From the NCBI GenBank assembly GCA_024679065.1, contig JAGIQG010000004.1:50964001-51028000 (forward strand): 64,000 nucleotides of DNA, given 5' to 3'. This document shows, piece by piece, positions 1 through 13,157 of this stretch. A program made the position numbers and the translations under genes. This DNA is from Sphyrna mokarran (taxonomy: Eukaryota). The number at the start of each line of letters is the position of its first letter. Positions within the stretch are counted from its first letter, which is position 1. The notes under the pieces were generated by a model. That model saw only the letters and a program-made list of their open reading frames with translations. It ran no database searches and was not told the DNA's origin.

Positions 1-3000
1 GAATCAGGTCATATGACGTCTTTAATAAGTGAGTGGAGCACAAGAGCCTCAGCTAGTACCAGGAGTTCTGGGCACAGTAGGAACAATAGGACCAGCATTT
101 GAAGGGATGAGGAAACTCCAGAATCCTGATCGAGAACAGGATGAGTCTCAGTATGGCAAGGGTTGGGTGGCTTGATAATTACAATATTGGCATACTAGAC
201 CCCTAAATAGGAGTCATAATTAGCAATCATAAATCGGACCCGTGGATTATTTGGGTAGGTTAACTTGTTCGGTAGGGGTGTTTTCTGCATCGTCCTTGTA
301 TCCCACCTGATACTGAAAGCATACACTAAAATGTCTAAGGTGAAAGTTAAAGTTAGAATACATCCAACATAAATACAGGTTGCAAACAAGTGAAGCAGAT
401 GTCAATACAGGTGTGCTGCAGTCAAAAGTTGGGATTCACACTCCTACACAGTGATATCAAAGCCGAACTAATGAGAAGCCTTGGCGCTTAAACCAATCTT
501 CAAAGTGAAAAGAGAAGCAGCTTGAAGACGTGAATCCATTCTCCAAGAGGGAAGGATATTACTCTGGGTTTCAGCTCCTGACCTCCAGAATGGCTGGATA
601 TTGTTCTGGGCTCAAACTGTATGGCTGGAGTCACACTGCCCTGGAGATGAACTTGAGTTCAGTTGTGATGTACCCTATTTATATATTTTGTATCATCCAA
701 TCAGTTAGTAAGATCAAACCAAGCAATCCAATAGGAAAATCGCACCCAGCCTCAGATTTGAATTGAATAGACTTATGCTGAATTTTGATTGTTTGCACAG
801 GCCCAAATCCCAAATAATTTTGGGTGATGACTGACTTGGAATACTGTCTTACTCCTTCTGCTTTGTATAAAGTGGAAATGAGTTTGGGCCAAGAATGCAT
901 CTTGATTCTAAACCAGAAAACTGAACTGAGATTTTAACAACTTGGACCAAGAGAAGCGATTTTCCTCTTCCTCCAACCCATGTGGTAATTAATCAAATCT
1001 ATCTGCTGTCTTAGGATGACTTCAGTGACAATAACCAGTGGAAATCCAATAAATGAATAGCAATGTGAAGATTGGATTCAGTCAGGTAAGTGTTAGAAAA
1101 CTGTTAAATATTACGAAGGAAGGACTTACTTTAGTCTCAGGAAATAACTCCTCAGTTAAGATACTGAGACTCATCCCATTCTCGATCGGGATTCTGGAGT
1201 TTCCTCATCCCTCCAAATGATGGTTCTATTGTTCCTACTGTGCCCAGGACTCCTGGTACTAGCTGCATTTTAGAATACTATAAATAGCATGAAAATAGTT
1301 AATAGTGGTACAGAGAAACTGCACATCCTGATCAGGAGGCTGTGCCCGTAGGTAACAGTGTGTCCAGTTGTTATTCCTCTGGCTAACGAGTTACTGATTT
1401 TTTCATGTCTTGTAAACTCAGTATTTGTCTTTTTTATAATCTAGATACAACTCTCAATTTCATTCTGTTCTTTATAAAGCCTATTCCTAGATCTGTTCCA
1501 GTAATGGATCCACTACTACCTTAGGAAGTATCTGATCTCAGTCTGAGCCCTGCATGAGCCTGAGTGGGGTTTGGAAGGGGTGGGGAGGAATTGTAACAAG
1601 CTGTCCAATTCACCATGGCACATAAATGGAGTAATGAGCTGCAACATTGCAACTAAGACTTTTCAGTTGTTACAGCTGAGCTCTAGCTAGAAAAGTGTTG
1701 AGAGGTTGCCTCCATTTGGACAGGGTTTTCACTTGCCCCCTGCAGCCTTCTCTCTTTCCCCTTCCCAGACACTATTCCCATCCATTTGGGTCTCACTTTA
1801 TCAATAAAGACACTGTTTCTAACATCTTGGGGAAATAGGTCAATGCAGCAACAGCACTAGAGGAGACAAAGCTCCTGAAGGATAAAGCAACGCCCAAAAA
1901 TCAGAATGAAGCTTCCCACCGAAGGTTTCCATTATGGATTTGGTGCTGGCTGGAGAGAGGTCCGTTTTCCATACGACCCCTGTCAAGAATCGGATGAGTT
2001 TTGGGCCTTTACTGCCATCTCAGGAGTGTCTGATGCTGCCAATGTTGGCAAATCTGGGCATATCTTCCCAAGTTTCAACATGTGATGCAATGGAATTAAG
2101 TACTGCTGTGCTCGACTCCTTTCCTCACAATATCTGTACACTGAGAGATGGGTGAGAGAGGCCTAGTATTGTAGCCCTGATTCTTTCAGTCATTGAGCAA
2201 ACTGTAAAATACTGAGAGACAGACAATATGATTATAATCATTCACCATTCAGTATCTGGGAGAATAATTGGTAACTCTCGGAGACTCCAGAACAGTTCAG
2301 GCTTGTTTACTATAATAGTGGTCCCCATCCATGTGGTGACTGCTAAGCAACAGGAATAGTTAATACGGATGGAAGGAAAATCAATTGGGGACTCATTGGC
2401 TCCTGTTGTGTACTTTGAATGAGTCTGCAGAAGGAGCCAGTAAAATAAGACACCCATTGTAAAGGATGGGTGTGGTATTATGGAATTGGGGCAAGTTCGT
2501 TGTTATGATGCAACCAATTTTCGGACAGGATCACCAAAAAGAACTTTGTTCAGAAAATCTTTCAGTTAGCACTCAGCAAGCTCCCACAAACAGCAATGAG
2601 GAATGAGTAGATCATCTGTTTCAGTGATCTTGGTTGAGGGATGAATGTGGGCCAGGACACTGGGAATAATGGCCTCTACATTTCTTTGAAATAAGGTCTT
2701 GAAAAGACAGAGGAAGCCTGTAGTTTATTGAGCATTTCCTCAGTCTGAAGTTTGTACTCAAGTCACTCAATTTTTGTACATCATTCAGAAGAAAATGGTT
2801 GCAGTGCATTTCCACAAACAAGATTATTGGCTACAATACCTCAAGGAGTTTTCTTCATCAGAGAAGCCTGCATGAAGTATAACATGACAATATACAGCAA
2901 GAACTGTAAAAATATTGCAGTCACTGGACTTCTGCTCAAATATTGTGTGACTTAACTGAATCAGTGGATTAGTGTTTGAGCAAATGACAATAGGGTCATT

Positions 3001-3979
3001 AATCTGTTCCAATGTAAGTACAGACTGCAGCACTGCATACTCCCCACTGCAGGGAGTTTCGAGTGGCACCACTGCCATCACTCGCAATCCAGAAGGCAAA
3101 GGTGGTATCCTCTGGTGAGAACCAGAGCCGTCATTCTGTTTCTTGGTCACACCACAAAACAGCAAAGTGCAGGTTATCATGAATAAATCTTGAAGCTTGC
3201 TTGGTTGAGACTGGTGGATTTTATCCATTCGACCATCAAGTTCAGTATTACATGTCATCTCTTGTACAAAGTCACAAATCTGCTTCTGACTGTAGAAAGA
3301 TCACAAAATTCGTCCCGTAGTAGCTGCACCAATCACAGGAAATCTGCCTCTAGCTTAAACAAAGACCACAGACTTAATTTTAATCCTCCCAGCCCATTGG
3401 ACAGGTAAGCAATTAAAATCCACCGAGGTGAGTTGCCCAGCAGGGTCTTCCTGGGTCTCACTGTCATCACTTTTAATCTGCTGTTATAAGCATGCAGCTA
3501 AGGCACCTGTCTGAAAGCAGTAGAATCTTTCTTTAACAGAGCAGACTCTGGTCCATTGACATTCTGGCAATGACCCGAGCAGGGAATCCACTGTGACCTT
3601 TCCTGCCAAGTGTAGCAGGAGGAGGATCAGGAGCAGAAGAGGTTGTTCCTCGTAGGTTTGTTTAATTTCTTTGTAAGATAAGGAGGATCAGATCTGCTTC
3701 CTCCTTCCGTACAGCAAGACTCCTTCAAACTCTCTTACCCATATTTAACCCGAATGTCAATGCTGAGGAGCAGCAGAATGTTTGTAGGCCAATGGCAACT
3801 TCCTGCTGTCACGCTGTTAAAGGCCAATGGTTCAAAAGACCATGGCCACTTTCTGGCGCGAAATGTCATAAACGTAAGTGAAACTAATAGCAATTAACCA
3901 TCCTTTCCAACTCATACCAGTAGCCAAATCCATCTCAACCAAATATACGCTTCATATCAGTGCAGAAGACCAGTAAAGG

Positions 3980-4715
3980 ACAAAGAAAATTACAGCACAG
4001 GAGCAAGCCATTCGACCCTCCAAATCTGCAGCGCTCATGCCACCTGATTTAACTAAATCCCCCTACCCTTCCGGGGATCATAACCCTCTATTCCCATACT
4101 ATTCATGTATTTGTCAAGATGCCCTTTAAAGCTTCCATCACCTCCCTCAGCCATGAGTTCTAGGTTCCTGTTACCCTCTGTGTAAAATGTCTGCCTCATA
4201 CATCTCCTTTTATCTTTGCCCCTCACACCTTAAACCTGTGCCCCCTAGTAATTGACTCTTCCCCCCCGGGGAAAAACTCCTGACTATCTACTCTGCCCAT
4301 GTCTCTCATAATATTGGAGACTTCTATCAGATCACCCCTCAACCTCCATCGTTTCAGTGAGAACAAACCAAGTTTCTCCAACCTCTCCTCATAGCTGATG
4401 CCCTCTATACCAAGCAACACCATGATAAATCTTTTCTGTACACTCTCCAAAGTCTCCACATCCTCTGGTAGTGTGACAACCAGAATTGAACACTATATTC
4501 CAAGTGCGGCCTCATTATGGTTCTATAAAGCTGCAACATGACTTGTAATTTTTAAACTCATTGCCCTGGCCAATGAAGGCAAGCACGCTGTATGCTTTCT
4601 TGACTACCTTCTCCACCTGCATTGCCACTTTCAGTAATCTGTGTACCTGTATACCCAGGTCCCTTTGCCTATCAGTACTCTTAAGGATTCTGCCGTTTAC
4701 TGTACGTTTCCTATT
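3980..4715 (-). mobile_element. CR1-type LINE, 5'-truncated 3' fragment (degenerate ORF2 C-terminus and 3' UTR)
   Basis: Minus-strand ORFs 4223-4459 and 4515-4772 contain QRDLGIQVHR..KVVKKAY and LESVQKRF..YEERLEKLGLFSL..RLRGDLIEV..TRGHRFKV, typical of the CR1 ORF2 end. Confidence 0.9.
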
Positions 4716-4722
4716 TCCTAAT

Positions 4723-4927
4723 GCTGGGATTTTCCAGCACTTACCACCGGTGGGATCTTCTAGTCCTGCCAAAGTTGACCCATACTACAGGTTCCCTGGT
4801 GGGGGGACAGTGTGATTCATGCAAATTGCCAACGTCTTCAGTGAGACTGACTGATCCCATCTGTGCCCAATGATAAGCCACTTCCACAAAGAAAAACCCA
4901 TCGCGGTGGGGTCTGGAAAATTCCGAT
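4723..4927. mobile_element. Harbinger-like MITE (imperfect TIRs gctgggattttcc...ggaaaattcc)
   Basis: Terminal inverted motifs. A related copy in the opposite orientation lies at about 37268-37450. Confidence 0.5.
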
Positions 4928-7900
4928 CATCATGTTAATAGTTACATTTCTGATGGGACTAAATGAAGTCACCAAACCCTGAGCTAATGTAGACATGGTC
5001 GCTTGGCAGGAAACCCTGTGTCCTAGCAGCAGGTTGTGCCAAATTGCATTGGTAAAAAAGTATGTTCTGTGTTCAGCATTAACTTAAAGACATTCAGATC
5101 AACTGAAGATTAAACCACATCCAAACCTAGAAGAATAAAAACAGAATAAATTACTGTACGAATGAGGAGAGCTTCATTAGAACCCCAGATCCCTCATTGC
5201 CCTACCCCCACATTCAGTAGTCATCTGTGGAAAGGAATTTATTTATTTTTTATAAACTGCCTGGATGTCTATAACACTCAGGAAACCCATTACCATAATT
5301 GACTATCCAGACGAAGCTACATTGTCACTACACAATCACATCCCACTTAACAGAGCTTTGTCACAGGTTGTGAGAGCTGAGGTGAGGAGACCCTGAAATA
5401 TGCAGTGGATTACAGGCAAATTTTGCCTGTCTGGTTAGAATCACCCTACTGATTCAAACTTAGAGGTTTAGCTGGAGCCTAAAGGAAACGATCCCAGCCC
5501 CTGTGACAAGTCTATCCCTCCACATTCCATTGGTGAGTCAGGCTGCCCAGTCAGTCATCAGCACAAGATTGCTGAAGCTGTCATAAAGATTGACCTTGCA
5601 TTACCAGATTCACCAGAATGGGACCCTGACAATCCCAGCGCACAGCCTTTTGGTAGTGACAAGCTGCCACTTTCCTATTTATCTTTCTTCATGTTTACTT
5701 AGATGATTTAAACTGAGGGATATTTAAAGTTCCCAATCCATCTTCTCTGTTACTGCAGTTCAATGTCCAGGATAAAATATGAATATTTTATTGATATGTT
5801 ATTACTGGACCTTTACAGGATTATTATTGTAAGCACACTTAGCAAAATTGGTAAAACTATAAGCAGCCATAATTTGCATTTACTAATGGAAAACTGGAGC
5901 ATTCGTAAGCAATATTTCCAAGCTAGATTAGAAAGGGGACTATTTGTGGGCATTGCTCTTTGTAGAGTTTACCATTTTCTTGCATATGACTTGCAAAGGA
6001 ATCTTTTATAAAATGAGTAAAGGGTTAAGTTATGCTGCTTCACATACCAACTACACAGTTGTGGTGAGGTGTTAATTAATGGCAAGTAAACCAATATATA
6101 TTCGGTTGGGGTAGTTAAGGGCTTTGTTTAATCTGTCTGGAAAGATTCACTATTCTATGTACATTACAGTAAAAATGTTGGGAATTAAATGCAACAATTA
6201 ACTGCCATTTGGTCCAATTACAAAAACACTGTTCATTAAAGATGTAGCAAATCAATAGCGTTAACTAGGGTTAAAGTGGGCTATGGCCATCTGGTAGACT
6301 GGTGCTGGTTCCTGTCAGGCTGATTGTTAACAGTCCCAGTTCTTCTTTATTGTCTGAGATTTTATTCTTGGGTCTTTTAAGAATATAAAGATATTTTTGG
6401 TCTCTGGATTCTAGTTTAGTTCCAGAGCATCGACCTAGAACTACAGGTCAGAGTACTCTAATCTCAGCCCACTGCATTTACTCCTGCTCCACATCTTTGC
6501 TGTGCTTATGAGCCTTGTTACTCCCTTAGCCTTTTTCCTGTTTGTTCCTGTTGATGGTTTTAACTATCAGTTTTTGTCCTCGGCTGAGATTTGGGTGTTT
6601 TGAATCAGGTTGTGTTCAATATAGAATGGATTGCAGGATAGGATTTATATACAGTGCCATCATCACCTGTGACAGGTGAAGTCATTCATAGTGAATGTGC
6701 AAATCCAGCTTCAGGAGTGTAAGTCTGCCACCATTTGTCGCTTCTGTACAACTTACATAATCATCAACTTGTGTCATTGTTCGATTCATGATCAGACATT
6801 ATTCCTGCAGATGTACAGAACAAATGGAGCAAATGCTATTGATCAGGGATAACTATGTCAATGTGAGCTTGCAGGTTCTAGGCAGTGAGTTGCTGCAAGG
6901 GACAGGTCAGAGGTACATATTGTACTGACAGTGAGTTCTCCTCAACCATTTCAGCTTTAATGCAAAGTCTGCTGAAAATGTTAACCTCGAATTTAAGACA
7001 TTCTGTAATATGAATGCCTTTTGCATTGTAATAAATTCATTTCCCTAAATCCTTTTCCTGCATTTATATAGCATATTTCAAGACAGCCCCAATACACCCA
7101 GTTAATGAAATGTTTTCCAATTGCAGGCACCATTGTAATACAGAAAACATGGCATCCAATTTTCACCCAGCAAGACCCTTGAAGATAGCAGTGAGATCAA
7201 TGACCACATACACTGTTTAAGTGATGCCAAGGGCAAACTCCCTTGTTCTTTTAATATTGCCATACAATACTTATACATAGAGAGAAGATTGGGCCTCCAT
7301 TTAAGATCTCATTCATAAGACAATGCTATACTCCAAGCACTGTGGCAACATTCAATTTCTGAAATGGGCCATGTACACATTGACCTGTTGCTAGAAACTG
7401 AGCTAAGGAGGATGCAAATATAGTAAGCATTTGTACCAAAGCTTCACTAACGATAGACCATAAGACATAGGAGAAGAAGCAGGTCATTCAGCCATCGAGT
7501 CTGCTCTGCCATTCAGTGAGATTATGACTGATCTGAAATAATTTCCAGGATTATCTATTAATGCAAATAGGCAGGGGAGGTGTGAATGACTATTAGTGTA
7601 TAGAAATTACAACACAAAAATGGGTCATTTAATTCCACAGCCCCTGTTTAAGTTGATGTGTGTTGTCTCTTGTAAAGAACAGAATTACTCCTATTTAAGA
7701 TAATCTGTGAATATTATTTTCAGTAAACCATGCTTTGATATAAATCTTCCTGTATATATTTTGTTAAATTCACAAGCCATGATCATGAAAAAACTGGTAA
7801 CAGGAAATTGACAAAATATACAAAGGTTGAGCAGCTTATTTAATACCACATTGTCATCTGAGGTTGGTATTATAAAGTAACATGAACAGTAGTGAGGTGA

Positions 7901-9345
7901 GCGAATACTTTAAGATAATGCTCCTATGAAGGATGAAAGCATTTTCTGATTCCATGTTCCATAAGAATTTGAATACTCATTCTTTGTACAGAAACATTCT
8001 GAATCTTGGCTCTCTCTTTTTCTCTCCCTTCCCTTTCCCCTGCCACCACTACTGAGACCTCAGCTGGCAGCTCTCATCAGTACACTGCCAGAGTGAGCTA
8101 ATCTGCACTGTTACTGCAGACAACCTAACTTAATTAAAACCGTCACAACTGGGGTTCAGATCCCCATCCCAAAACCACCATTTAGCAAAACTCTCTTGAT
8201 TGAAGATGTTCCCCTGCATTGAACTTGTTTTTAAACCATGGCTTGAGAAATAAGGTTTTAATGGGTCAGGAGTTAATAACATTGATGCACTTCTGCAGAT
8301 CCAGCTCCCTTTCTGGGTGGGAGGATGAAGTAATCATCTTCTAATTGACCTGTAGTTTGACTGTATGCATGAGAACCAATTGTGTGAAGAAGCCCTTTAG
8401 ATGATCTGCAACACAGACCAGATCTACGCCCATTAGCAATCCAGCTTATTGAATCAGAGCTTGTGATCTTGCTCATGTTGTGTCCAATAAAGCCTGCTCT
8501 TTGGCAAGTTAGGTTGATGAGTTGTGGGTTGCTTACAGAAGAAGCATATGTAAATATAGTACCGGCTCATCCAGAGGTATCTTATTTGTCTGTCATAGAT
8601 AATGCAAATGTAAATGAAGATAAACCCTCCTTTAGCTCTTACCTGAGACCCATTACCTTTATTTTGGACTAGCTGTCAGCCATGACTCTGGAAGTACATT
8701 GATATTTATGGGGGCTGGCTGTGTCCAATTGCTGCCTCTTTTATATTGCTAATAGTGACTACACTTCACATTCTTATTTACTGCAAAGCTGTTTGGAACG
8801 GGTGAAGATTGCGAAGGACACAATGTAAATGCAAGTTTGGCTTTCCTTCTTGCATTAGTGTTCTGGGAAGTGGTGGTTTTAATTTCAGCCTGTGATCTAA
8901 GAAATAGATTTTTGATTTCCTGTTCTCATTGACCCTCATTCCCCAATTCCCACTTCCTTCTCTACCTGTTCCATAAAACACTGGTAAGAGGAAGTTAATC
9001 ATTCAGAATCAAGGCATGTTGACTGCTGAAGTACTGTTTTGCTTAACTACTCAAGATATAATCCACACAACGTCTTTGGTGGAATCAAATGCAGCACCGT
9101 TTTAAGGAAACTTGTCACCTTATCATGTTTCCCAAATGCATCCCAAAGTTTCTCACAGACAGCTAACTGATTTGAAACCTGGAAACTGTTCGGCAAACAC
9201 AGCAGTTTCTGCAGCAGAGAAATGCCAACAGCAGTGAGATAGACAGCCAGTCAATCTGCCCTGTGTGATGTTGTGTGAGGGAGCAATGAAACAAAGAGAA
9301 GTTTCTGTGATGAGTGTTATGAGATTTTGGCATATATCTGCACAC

Positions 9346-9731
9346 AGTAAGAAGTCTCACAACACCAGGTTAAAGTCCAACAGGTTTATTTGGCTGCACA
9401 AGTCACTAGCTTTTCGAGCGCCACCCCATCATCAGGTGACTGGAAGTTCTGCTCTTAAACAGGGCAAATAAAGACACAAACTCAATTTACAAAATAATAA
9501 ACTAAAATAAAGCTAGTGGCTTGTGCTATCAAATAAATCTGTTCATTATTTTATAAATTGAGATTGTGTCTTTATATGCCCTGTTTGAGAATAGAATTCC
9601 CACTCACTTGATGAAGGGGCAGTGCTCTGAAAACTCGTGGCTTGCATAACCAAATAAACCTGTTGGACTTTAACTTGGTGTTGTGAGACTTACTGTCTTT
9701 ATCTCAGTTCAATACTGGCATCTCCACATCA
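9346..9731. mobile_element. Penelope-like element remnant: inverted pseudo-LTR pair with minimal hammerhead motifs
   Basis: aagtctcacaacaccaggttaaagtccaacaggtttatttgg... is mirrored by ...ccaaataaacctgttggactttaacttggtgttgtgagactt. CTGATGA...GAAA-type motifs occur in both arms. It ends in the tail ggcatctccacatc and interrupts an older SINE. Confidence 0.8.
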
Positions 9732-10260
9732 GACACCTGAACAGACAGAGTCTGGGTTCAGAATTGCACCTGTCAGTAGCATCTCTGACCATGCCAGAGT
9801 CAATAGTTCATTGGGGGTCAGCATCATTTTTGCACTGAACTCTGATACTGGGGCATAACCATGAGCCTGTCTGAGGTATCAGAGTATGATCTGAGCCATG
9901 CTGACACTTCATCCAACAACAAGTACACTATCACTCACCTCTGAGTAAGTTACTCAATGTGCCTTACCAATGAAAGTAGGTAAAACACACAGTATCCAAA
10001 TGAATAATAGGGAAACTGGAAAATTGGATTTGATCTAGAGTTCTCTGCTATGGTTAGTACTCCTACAATTGTCAGAAATGTTGCAGATTATTCAATGGTA
10101 TGATGGTACTGCCTTCCTTGGAGAGTCAGTGATTAAGGGCTGTACAGTTATGAGCTATTGATGATTTTCTCATTGTTCAGTCACACTTTTCTCAGCAATG
10201 GACTAATTCCTGTTGTGACTGATTAGAATAACTCATTTGATAGTACAGAACTCAAATGAA

Positions 10261-11470
10261 GTTGAAAAAAAAGTTATTGTCAAAGCTTTTAAACTTGCTC
10301 TCAGGACAATTGCAAGAATAGCGATGTAAGGGGAATCAACAAATTTATAGTGTATGAGAAGAACATGCTGATTGGTTGACAAATGGATTCTGATTTGTGG
10401 AGATATTGCCATGGAGAATGCACCAGTTGAGATTGATTGATAGTTAATTACCCTCCATTGTTTGAAATTTAAATCAGGCAATTTGACTCCGATTGGTCAA
10501 GCATTTCCGTGAGGAATGAACCAGCAAATGCTGTCAGTTATTTTGTTTAGATGAAACTGACACAGTTTGTATATATGTTGTTTATGTCTGCAAAGAACAA
10601 AGTCCTATGTATTAATATATGTAGCTTCCAAAATACGTAGATGTGTCACACTATGAACCTTATTGACAATCTTAAGTTAGTTGTCAGTGTAATTTTTCAC
10701 ACATAGATGATTATTTAGCAAATGTTGTCCACTCTCAGAATCACATCAAATGTGCAACACAGTTTTTCAGTTTTGCAGGCATGGGTTGATCGGGTATGGG
10801 TTGTACCTTGACTATCACAAATAGTAGAAGAGCATGCTGTTTGATGCCATCTTCCTGTTATTTGGACGTATTGTATGAAACAGTATATCCCTTCTCTGTT
10901 CACAATAGGAAAGGTACAGATTGTACACAACTAGTCCACGCTTGCAAACCTCAAAACGTGTGTTCAATATTAATGTGATTCTGAGATTTGACAGCATTTG
11001 CTAAATAATTCTTAGTCTTCTAATTCTACTAAGAATTATGCTGACAACTAATTTAGGATTGTCAGTCAGACTTGCAGTATGGACATTTCTATGTACTGTA
11101 AGCTACATACATAATACACAGGGCTCTGTCCTTTACAGACAGAAGGAACATAAGCACATATTGCATTTGATAAATCTAAACAAAATAAATGACAGCCATT
11201 CACTGGTTCATTTCTCAGGGCAATGCCTTGACAAATTAGACTGCAGTTGCCTAATTTAAATTTCAAACATGCATGGCAGTTAATTATCAGTCACCATTAA
11301 CTGGTGCACTCTTCGTGGTAATCGTCTTCACCAATCAGAATCCACTTGCCAACCAGACAGCACTCTCTTCTCATAGTATAAATTTTTTGATTTCCCTTGC
11401 ACAGTTTTTTGCGAAAGTCCTGATGAGTGCAAGTCAAAAAGCTTCAACAAATGTGTCTATTTTGTCAACA
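10261..11470. mobile_element. ~1.2-kb degenerate fold-back palindrome, probably a non-autonomous Penelope derivative
   Basis: The arms are reverse complements from the ends to a centre near 10860 (e.g. ttatttagcaaatgttgtc vs gacagcatttgctaaataa; tgtttgaaatttaaatcaggcaa vs ttgcctaatttaaatttcaaaca). A decayed hammerhead-like motif cctgatgagtgcaagtcaaaaagctt lies at 11419-11444. Confidence 0.75.
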
Positions 11471-12904
11471 AAACTTATAATTATTAAATGACCTTGAGAA
11501 TGAAATTGTTCAATAGAAAATGAACCTCATATTGACTATGTATTTTCAGATAGAACCTGATAAAATCCAACATCCATATAATTAGAGTTCCAAAGGTACT
11601 TTTTGCCTTATTTGGTAGATCAACTCTTGTGCTTGAATGGAATAAATACATGAGCTTTGACCTATGAGAGTAAAATGAGCCACAAATTAAAGTTCCTTAT
11701 TCAAGATTTGAAATCTTGTTCTAAGTTGTGAGAATTTAAACCATCTGGCAAGCTTATGATTGTATTTTATTTTAATTATTCACTTTTTTGTATATCCTTC
11801 ATGGTATCCCATCAGCCAATCTATTCCTGAAACAATGATTCCTTTAAGCAGCAATATTGAATTAAAATGAGCAGAAACACTGGGTGAAAGGAGTGATAGC
11901 AAAGCAGGGAAGGGGATTGATGCTGCTTTAAGCACTCAACAAAGCACCATTTGGTATGTTTGAGTGCCACTTGGTCTGCATTCAAGTGGCCTTTTATTTG
12001 CATCTTGAAAGGAATACCAAGCACAAGGTTTGGCTGGCTGACCAATTGGAACTGTCTCAAGCATGAAGTTGCTGCCTCCAACTGGCATCCCATCCAACAA
12101 TCAAAAGATCCAATCTCCCAACCGAGCTCAGACTGAGCAGGTCACATTCTGAACTGCAGAACATCACTTCCCATCACAGCAGCCAGCTGGCATCTATTCA
12201 AAGTCTCGATCTAATGTGAAGTATCCCTGCTCGATGATGAAGATTGAGTTATGGGAAGGACAGATCAGTGGAAAATTCTATTCATTAGCTCACCAGACAT
12301 ACAAACCTAAGTTCAACTGAACAATTCTCAAGGAGAGGATTTTTTTCTTCCCAAAACTGACAAACCTACATGAATGACCAAGATCTGTAACTGCAGGAGA
12401 TTTGAAAATTTGGTGAAATGAAAGAGGAAGCCGAGGTTAGTTGACCACAGGCTTGTGTTTTTAAAAACGACAAGAGGAAACAGATGGAATTGAGGTTCCC
12501 CAGCTCAAAAGTTTGAGGAAAAAATATGTGGTGGGGTATAGAGCTCTAAGTGTTGATTGAAATGAAGTTTGCAAGAAGGAAAAGTGCATTTTAGAAAACA
12601 CGCTTGTGCCTTCAACACTGGAATCAATCACATTCTGATGAGGACAGAGATGGATACTATAAACTTGGGTAAAGTTGAATTTTTAACAAAGGTGGTCATG
12701 TTCTGCTTTGGTTTTCCCAACTAATAAAATAAACATTTAGGAAGATTATAGCTTTAAAATGCAACAGGAACAATAAATGGGAACAAAACCATGTTAGTTA
12801 CCCATTTAAAGACTAGCATAGAATATTAAACATCTTTTCAGCAAACTTCTATATAGAGGTTCTCAATCTCCCAGCTCCTCCCCTCATTGAATATTTTTCA
12901 TTGA

Positions 12905-13112
12905 GAATTTGTTGCGTGGATTCTGCATGCTAAATTGCTGCTTAGTATCTAAAGGTATGCAGGTTAGGTGGATTGGCAATGAGAAATATGTGAGGTTACA
13001 TGGATAAGGCAGGAGAGGTGGGCCTGAGTAAGGTACTCTGTCAGAGAGTCCGTGCAGACTTGATGGGTCGAATGACCTCTTCTGCATTGTAGAGTATTCT
13101 AGAATCCTATAA
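12905..13112 (+). mobile_element. HE1-type SINE, 3' part
   Basis: gttaggtggattggc core and the CR1-derived tail gatgggtcgaatgacctcttctgcattgtagagtattct. Similar to the reverse complement of 41335-41654. Confidence 0.7.
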
Positions 13113-13157
13113 TTATCAACAAGCACTAGTCAAAGCTGTGCTCGAATACAATTTCTT

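Noticed and set aside
480-900. Possible LTR-retrotransposon pol remnant (PYSLSPEQ on the minus strand)
   Set aside because: Too short and not extendable into recognisable RT motifs by eye.
1083-1091. Strong donor CAG|GTAAGT as a possible GNAO1 exon 2 end
   Set aside because: The upstream sequence does not encode GAGESGKSTIVKQMK, and such donors occur by chance.
2824-3258. 144-aa ORF and the other 60-140 aa ORFs outside LINEs
   Set aside because: No recognisable domain, low-information composition and no splice context; expected by chance in 64 kb.
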